Both the position numbers and the translations under genes were made by a program. The notes under the pieces are model-generated. The model was not told where the DNA came from, did not search any database, and saw only the letters and a program-made list of their open reading frames with translations. From Naegleria gruberi (Eukaryota), in the NCBI GenBank assembly GCA_000004985.1, contig GG738865.1: DNA of 64,000 nucleotides; one strand, written 5' to 3'. This document shows positions 57,257 to 64,000 of the stretch, piece after piece (position 1 is the first letter of the stretch; each line of letters begins with the position of its first letter).

Positions 57257-60200
57257 ATGTTCTTGAATCCCTCTAACAAGAACAAGAATAATACAACCAA
57301 TAATTCTTCTTCCTCCTCTAATAATAATAATTTAAAAAATTCTCTCGGAGGAGGAGTAGGTGATGATGATGAAGGAGGAGGTGTGGATAATCTTCATGAT
57401 TTATTATATGGTAATCCTAATAAAATAACGGAGCCTATTAAAACAGTTGAAGAAAAATGGCGTTTATTACCAGCCTTTATGAAAGTTAAAGGATTATTTA
57501 GACAACATATAGATTCATTTAATTATTTTATTAATGTTGATATTAAAAAGATAGTACAAGCTAATAGTATGATTACACCTGATACGGATGATAAATTTTA
57601 TATTAAATATAATGATATTTATATTGCCAAGCCTAGATTAGATGAAGGAACTGATACAATAGAATTAACACCACAATTATGTAGATTGAGAGATTTAACA
57701 TATTCAGCAGATATAATTGTTAGTGTTGAATATCCACAAATAGTTGGAAATGAAACATTGATAAAACATGAAGATTTAAGTATAGGTAGAATGCCAATCA
57801 TGTTACAATGTGATAGATGTGTATTATGTGGTAAAGATGATAAAGAATTAGCAAAATTAGGAGAATGTCCATTAGATCCAGGTGGTTATTTTATTGTAAA
57901 GGGAGTTGAAAAAGTTTGTTTAATTCAAGAACAGTTATCTAAAAATAGAGTAATTATAGATTTAGATAAAGAAAAACAAATAACAGCATCAGTAACAGGT
58001 TCAACACATTATAGAAAATCTAAAACTAATATTATAATCAAACATGAAAGATTTTATTTAGATCATAATAGTTTTACAAAAGATATACCAATTATAATGT
58101 TATTTAAAGCTATGGGTATTGAATCAGATCAAGAAATTGTTCAATTAATTGGAAGTGATAGAAAATATATTGATGCATTAGGTCCTTCTTTTGAAGAATG
58201 TATTCGTGAAGGTGTTTATACATCTGAACAAGCTATTGAATACATGTCTAGATATTTAAAATTAGCTGATTTTAGAAAAAACAAACCTAAAATGGAAGAA
58301 ACTAGAGAAATTTTATCAAATATTATATTATGTCATATTCCTGTTTATAAATTTAATTACAAGATGAAAATTGTTTATTTAGCAATCATGGTAAAAAGAA
58401 TGATTGATGCTTTACATGATTCTGCAAATATAGATGATAAAGATTATTATGGTAATAAGAGATTAGAAATGGCAGGTCAATTACTTTCTTTATTATTTGA
58501 AGATTTATTTAAAAAATTTAATGATGAAATTAAAAAAACATTAGAAAAGAAAACAGGTAGAAGAAGTAGAAGAGCCACTTCAACACCCACTGAAGATATT
58601 TCATCTATTTTTAATGCAAATAGTTCTAAAATTACAGAAGGTTTAAAAAATTCAATCTCCTCTGGTAATTGGAATGTACAAAGATTTAAAATGGAACGTG
58701 CAGGTGTAACACATGTTTTAAGTAGATTATCATTTATTGCTGCATTGGGTATGATGACTAGAATTTCATCACAATTTGAAAAGACAAGAAAAGTATCAGG
58801 TCCACGTGCATTACAACCTTCACAATGGGGATTATTATGTCCATCTGATACACCTGAAGGTGAAGGATGTGGTCTAGTTAAAAATCTTGCACTTCTCACA
58901 CACGTTACAACAGATGATGAAGAAGAACCAATTATTAGATTAGCTTATAATATTGGTGTTGAAGATATTAATTTAATTTCAGGTGAAGAATTGAATCATC
59001 CATCTTCATATGTTGTATTTTTGAATGGTTTAATTTTAGGTATACATAGATTTCCATCACAATTTACAAAATTATTTAGAATGATGAGAAGAGCAGGTAA
59101 AATACATGAATTTGTATCAATTTTTAAAAATGATTTACATAAGGCTATTTATATTGCAAGTGATGGTGGACGTGTTTGTAGACCATTAATAATTGTTGAA
59201 AATCAAAAGTTAAAAGTAACACAAAAACATTTAAGTGAATTAGCTGAAGGTATTAGAACATGGGATGATTTTTTAAAAGAAGGTTTGATTGAATATTTAG
59301 ATGTTAATGAAGAAAATAATTCAAATATTGTTTTCAGAGAGGAAGATATCAAATTAGAAACTACTCATTTTGAAATTGAACCATTTACTATATTAGGTGT
59401 ATGTGCAGGTTTAGTTCCTTATCCACATCATAATCAATCACCACGTAATACTTATCAATGTGCTATGGGTAAACAAGCAATGGGTGCTATTGCTTATAAT
59501 CAATTTAATCGTTTAGATACTTTATTATTATTAATGGTTTATCCACAAAAACCAATGGTTAAAACTAAAACTATAGAATTAATTCAATTTGAAAAATTAT
59601 CAGGTGGTCAAAATGCATCCATTGCAGTTATGAGTTATTCTGGTTATGATATTGAAGATGCTGTTGTTGTTAATAAGGCTAGTATTGATCGTGGATATGG
59701 ACGTTGTATTTATTTAAAGAAATACGTCACTGAATTGAAGAGATATCATAATGGTGTTGAAGATGTTTTACAACCACCACCAAATGCACAACAAGCAAAA
59801 GATATGGATCAAAAGAGATTAAAATCATATCAACGTTTAGATTTTGATGGTATGTGTGCTGTAGGTGAGAGAATTTATCCAAATGATATGTACATTAATA
59901 GATTTGTTGCACAAAATACTCAAGATAATTTACTTGGTATGAATACACCTACTCCATCATCATCAAATGGAGGTGCTGGTGCTTCTAGTGCTAGCTGCTG
60001 CTAATACCTACAAACCATCACCAATATTTTACAAAGGACCATGTAGTGTCTATGTAGATCAAGTATTAATTACACCAAATTATGATAGAGGTGGATATGC
60101 ATTAAAATATTTATTAAGACAAACAAGAAGACCTGAATTGGGTGATAAATTTTCATCACGTCACGGTCAAAAAGGAGTATGTGGATTAATTGTAGATCAA

Positions 60201-60863
60201 CAAGATATGCCATTTAATGAACAAGGTATATGTCCAGATATGATTATGAATCCTCATGGTTTTCCATCACGTATGACAGTTGGTAAAATGATTGAATTAA
60301 TATGTGGTAAATCAGGAGTATTAAATGGTAAACAAGGATATGGTACAGCATTTGGAGGAGATAAAGTAGAAGATATTGGAAAGGGATTAATTAGACATGG
60401 ATTTTCATATAGTGGTAAAGATTTATTAACGAGTGGTATAACAGGTGAAACCATGTCATGTTATATTTATTTTGGACCTGTTTTTTATCAACGTTTAAAA
60501 CATATGGTTTTAGATAAAATGCATGCTAGATCTAAGGGACCTGTTAGAATTTTAACAAGACAACCACTTGAAGGTCGTTCAAAAGAAGGTGGTTTAAGAT
60601 TAGGTGAAATGGAACGTGATTGTTTAATTGGATATGGTGCAAGTGCATTATTATTAGAAAGATTAATGTTATCTTCAGATGAATATAAGGTACATGTTTG
60701 TGAAGATTGTGGAATGATTGGATATATGGGTTATTGTAATTTTTGTAAATCAAAACAAAATATTTCACTTTTACCAATGCCATATGCTTTTAAATTATTA
60801 ATTCAAGAATTACAAGCAATGAATATTTCACCAAAACTTAAATTATCACCTTTTGAAAAGTAA
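57257..60863 (+). CDS. POLR3B: DNA-directed RNA polymerase III second-largest subunit (RPC2/POLR3B/Ret1 homolog). It has an apparent frame break within 59941..60004.
   Basis: The N-terminal segment matches human RPC2. It carries [37 protein letters not shown] and, further on, [41 protein letters not shown]. The C-terminal part is in a different frame. It starts with [47 protein letters not shown] and [41 protein letters not shown]. It ends with the zinc-ribbon segment CEDCG..CNFCKS. The two frames overlap only within a Ser/Gly/Ala-coding, unusually GC-rich insert (..ggaggtgctggtgcttctagtgctagctgctgct..). No intron is possible there. Confidence 0.9.
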
Positions 60864-60989
60864 ATAAATTATAATTTAAAATATTTAAATTGTTTTTATT
60901 TGAATGATGATGGAGGGGAAATTAACTTTTGATTTTCTTTCTGCCTTTTCAATGAATGGGTGGTGAATCAAATTCAATCAAAAAAAAAA

Positions 60990-61461
60990 ATGTCTACCTC
61001 ATCATCAACACAACAACAAACACTCGGTACAAAACCAGATTCAATGTTATCGGAATTGGAAATTAGAAAAGAGATTGAAAGTTTAACAGTACCAAGTTAT
61101 TTTCCAACCTATGTTAAAGAGGTATGAATGATTAATAATATAGAATTTGGAATATTTATAATTATTTAATGGATGATTAAATATATGATGAATTAAATAT
61201 GGATGATTAAATATATGGATGATGAATTAAATGGATGATAATTAAATATTGAATAATTAATGAATTACTTGATAATAATACTTGGATAATATTCGATATT
61301 AAATAATATTTTAGTGTAAACAAGTAGCTGAAACATTTTTTACATGTTTTTCAAGTAGATCCATTAAAGTTCAAAAAGGAGATAGATTAGTTGGTGTTAG
61401 AGGTTTACAACAATGTTCAAATGAATTATTAGCCTATAAAGAATGCATGGAAAGACAATAA
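60990..61461 (+). CDS. Twin Cx9C (CHCH-fold) mini-protein, 92 aa, join(60990..61121,61315..61461), resembling the COX19 / CMC / TRIAP1 class of intermembrane-space proteins
   Basis: The A10 run precedes the ATG. Exon 1 ends at gag|gtatga. The 193-bp intron ends in tattttag. Exon 2 encodes CKQVAETFFTC (a C-x9-C) followed 22 residues later by CSNELLAYKEC (a second C-x9-C). Its C-terminal YKECMERQ resembles the COX19 motif YLECRMER. Phases were checked (44 + 48 codons). Confidence 0.6.
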
Positions 61462-61512
61462 TTTAAAAATAATTTTATTAAAATAATTAAATATTTAAGG
61501 TTTATTTACAAT

Positions 61513-63996
61513 TTAAATATCTTCTAAAATAATACCACCTGTTGAATCTCTCAATTCCTTTTCAATGACGACATTTTGTACTCTTCTAACAATATTCTTA
61601 TTTTGATGTGATGTATGGGAGTGATGTGAATGATGTGTTGGACCAACTACATGATGATGATGAATTCTATGTTCATTTCCTAATATAACACTTCTATCTG
61701 CACTTGATAATATATTTGATTTTACAACAATTTTAGTATCATACCAGAAATATCTAAATACAACATAAATGGTAATATACACTGCAATATTAATTAAAAT
61801 TAAAAATGTAAGTAATGCAAATAAAAACCAAAATGTTGAAATGAAATAAGAACCATCTTGACATACTAAATTCTTAATATTACCATATTTAGTATTTAAA
61901 GTTTTACAAGTGACTAGAGATGCAACTTGCATTAAACTAGTATATAAATTATTCATTAAAGAATAAATAGTATCTTGTATAGATTTAACAAGAGCAGGTC
62001 TAATTTTAACATTTGTACCTAATGAAGAAATTAAACTAGAAACTAAATTAGGAGAATCATCAACAATAAATTTAATAGAAGATAATAAATCTGAAATTTG
62101 ATCATTTTTACAATCAAGTAAATAAGTTTGTGATAAACCATGTAAATCAGTATTAAATGAAATATTATATTTATAAAAAGAAGCTTCAAATTTTAAAGTA
62201 GCATTAATACCATATGAATCAACACTTTCAATTATATAATTTTCTAAATTATTACATGTATCACTTAATAAAATATTAATAGGTAACATGAAACATAAAA
62301 CAATACATCCTAATAATCCTAATAACATTAAACATATAATTTCAATATATAATAAAGATGGACATTTATAACAACATGATGGTAATATTGCTATTAATGG
62401 TAATAATACTATAAAACTTATAAATATAATTACTCCTAATAATCTATATCCATCCCATTTTAATATATCAATCATATATATATTATTTAATTGATAATTT
62501 ACTTCATCTTTCCACCATATATAGGTTTGTACTTTAACATTACCCAATGTAGTTATAATATTTGTAAATATACTTCCTAAATTTAAATATGAACTAAATG
62601 TTACAATATCAAATTGAGTTATAATTGCTGATATATCCATATTAGATGCTACTTGTAATATTGGTTGACATGATTCTATTTGTCTTGTAAATTCATTAAA
62701 TGGTAAAGTTGAAAATGATGAATTACCATTTTTAATACCATCACTTACTTGTTGTAATGGTAAATTTAATCCTACTTGTTTAATACCATTACCATATAAA
62801 GTTAATAATGTCAAGGCTTGATTAAAATTAAAATTATTATTAATAGTTTTTAATGGTGTTATTTGATTTTTTAATATAGTTTTTGAAATTAATTCTTTAT
62901 AATTATTCAATTCAGTTTTAATATATTGTAATGATGTTAAATTATTTAATGCAATTCTTAAATTTACTACTTTTGGATATAATTCTAATGATTTAGTATT
63001 TAAAACATTACATTGTGATGATACATCATTATAACATGTTGTTTTACCTTGATTATATGCTGCATTTACTAAATATTTATAATTTTCTAATTTTAAATCA
63101 TCAAAATCATTCAATGTTGTATTTAATTCTTGAAATGTATTACTTGCATTTAATAAATTCATATAATTATTAATATTATTATAATAATTTAAATAAGTTA
63201 TATTCATATTAGTTAAATTAATTAAAGAATATTGATTTTTAAATTCTATAATAGGTAATACTTGTTTTAAATTATTTAAATTTATATTTGATAAATCTAA
63301 TGTATTATTAAATAAAATAGAAATGGATGAAATAACTTGTTGATTAATATTTGAAATACTATTAATAGAATTATAATATTTTGTAATATCACCATTTACA
63401 AAAGTATTTAAAAGAGATTTAGATGAAGAATAATAATCAAATAAATTAACATTTGGTAATTCAACAAAAGTATCATTAATATATTTAATATCTTTAATTA
63501 AATTATCAATACAATTAGTTTGTTGTAAAATTGAATTAAAAAATAAAACTTGTGAATAAATATCTTGAATAAATTGTAAAGATGGAATTGAATTAATGGC
63601 AAATGTTAAACTTCTCAAATCATCTTTTAATAATTTATACTTGTTTGGTAATGTTTGATTAACATCTTGATTAAATAAATTTAAATTATTAAATGTTAAA
63701 TTTAAATTTGAAATTTGATTAAAAGATAATTGTAATTCATTTAATTTTAATTTTAATTCAAATTCTGATGGTAATTGTGATAAAGTATTATTCATATAAA
63801 TTAAATTATTAATTAATGTTATAATTGGTAATTTAAATAAATTTATATTATTTTGTAATATAATAGTTTCATAATATAAATTTGATAATTGTACAATATT
63901 ACTTGTTTTAAAATGTGATAATTCATATTCAAATTGATTAAAATATTTAAAATTTAATGTTGTATTCGTTTGATCTTGTAATGTTTGTATTGTATT
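61513..63996 (-). CDS. Large multipass membrane protein with an N-glycosylation-site-rich ectodomain; the 5' end is unresolved. The first in-frame ATG is at 63795, but the frame stays open to 63996 near the window edge.
   Basis: A single open frame on the minus strand, 760 aa from the ATG. About 440 residues carry a very high density of N-x-S/T sequons and Leu/Asn heptad-like repeats. Then comes a first TM (LLGVIIFISFIVLLPLIAIL), a cytosolic-side Cys cluster (PSCCYKCPS) and a second TM. A loop of about 160 aa with paired Cys follows, then a long hydrophobic segment that could be 1-2 TMs, and a His-rich tail (HRIHHHHVVGPTHHSHHSHTSH). The upstream extension has no Met and the same composition as the body. 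So the real start probably lies in an upstream exon or beyond the window. Confidence 0.55.
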   Translation of the reverse strand, partial: NTIQTLQDQTNTTLNFKYFNQFEYELSHFKTSNIVQLSNLYYETIILQNNINLFKLPIITLINNLIYMNNTLSQLPSEFELKLKLNELQLSFNQISNLNLTFNNLNLFNQDVNQTLPNKYKLLKDDLRSLTFAINSIPSLQFIQDIYSQVLFFNSILQQTNCIDNLIKDIKYINDTFVELPNVNLFDYYSSSKSLLNTFVNGDITKYYNSINSISNINQQVISSISILFNNTLDLSNINLNNLKQVLPIIEFKNQYSLINLTNMNITYLNYYNNINNYMNLLNASNTFQELNTTLNDFDDLKLENYKYLVNAAYNQGKTTCYNDVSSQCNVLNTKSLELYPKVVNLRIALNNLTSLQYIKTELNNYKELISKTILKNQITPLKTINNNFNFNQALTLLTLYGNGIKQVGLNLPLQQVSDGIKNGNSSFSTLPFNEFTRQIESCQPILQVASNMDISAIITQFDIVTFSSYLNLGSIFTNIITTLGNVKVQTYIWWKDEVNYQLNNIYMIDILKWDGYRLLGVIIFISFIVLLPLIAILPSCCYKCPSLLYIEIICLMLLGLLGCIVLCFMLPINILLSDTCNNLENYIIESVDSYGINATLKFEASFYKYNISFNTDLHGLSQTYLLDCKNDQISDLLSSIKFIVDDSPNLVSSLISSLGTNVKIRPALVKSIQDTIYSLMNNLYTSLMQVASLVTCKTLNTKYGNIKNLVCQDGSYFISTFWFLFALLTFLILINIAVYITIYVVFRYFWYDTKIVVKSNILSSADRSVILGNEHRIHHHHVVGPTHHSHHSHTSHQNKNIVRRVQNVVIEKELRDSTGGIILEDI

Positions 63997-64000
63997 TATA

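Noticed and set aside
57619-60783. Antisense ORFs inside RPC2 (57619..57801, 58477..58899, 60254..60454, 60544..60783)
   Set aside because: They are embedded in a highly conserved Pol III subunit gene on the other strand.
39926-64000. Prokaryotic-style systems (CRISPR arrays, operons, defence islands) and a Dictyostelium or Plasmodium origin
   Set aside because: Spliceosomal GT..AG introns, a eukaryotic tRNA with an oligo-T terminator, and nuclear genes (IFT140, RPC2, RPS5, PIG-T) show this is eukaryotic chromosome sequence. There are no short-spaced direct-repeat arrays. IFT genes are absent from Dictyostelium and Plasmodium. Ciliate codes are excluded because TAA/TAG act as stops.

Overview
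Positions 1..39925 are a run of N (an assembly gap). Real sequence is 39926..64000, about 24 kb. It is eukaryotic nuclear DNA, extremely AT-rich, with near-100% AT spacers and introns. Proteins are N/Q/S/T homopolymer-rich, introns are short GT..AG (45-193 bp), start sites have an A-run before ATG, and the standard genetic code applies (TAA stops; a long ORF has no internal stops). From protein motifs I recognise: (1) a GPI-transamidase PIG-T homolog, 5'-truncated by the gap; (2) IFT140, an intraflagellar transport complex A subunit (two exons, about 1471 aa); (3) a small galactose-binding-fold protein lying tail-to-tail with it, best guess IFT25/HSPB11-like; (4) 40S ribosomal protein S5 (uS7), GC-richer with yeast-like optimal codons; (5) one tRNA-Lys(UUU); (6) a two-exon WD40 protein; (7) RNA polymerase III second-largest subunit (RPC2/POLR3B); (8) a two-exon twin Cx9C (CHCH) mini-protein; (9) a large N-glycosylation-site-rich multipass membrane protein whose 5' end runs off the window; (10) three low-complexity hypothetical proteins. 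Genes are tightly packed, with spacers of 37-630 bp, except for a roughly 4.1 kb moderately complex stretch (51466..55564) with no convincing ORF. That stretch contains a long near-perfect hairpin and local direct repeats. The IFT genes argue against an aciliate AT-rich host such as Dictyostelium or Plasmodium. Codon use in the ribosomal gene (TTG/AGA/GGT/GCT/CCA/AAG) looks fungal, so an AT-rich zoosporic or anaerobic-gut-fungus-like genome is my working inference only. Two conserved genes (PIG-T and RPC2) show apparent frame breaks inside low-complexity insertions. No prokaryotic systems, CRISPR arrays or obvious transposons were found.
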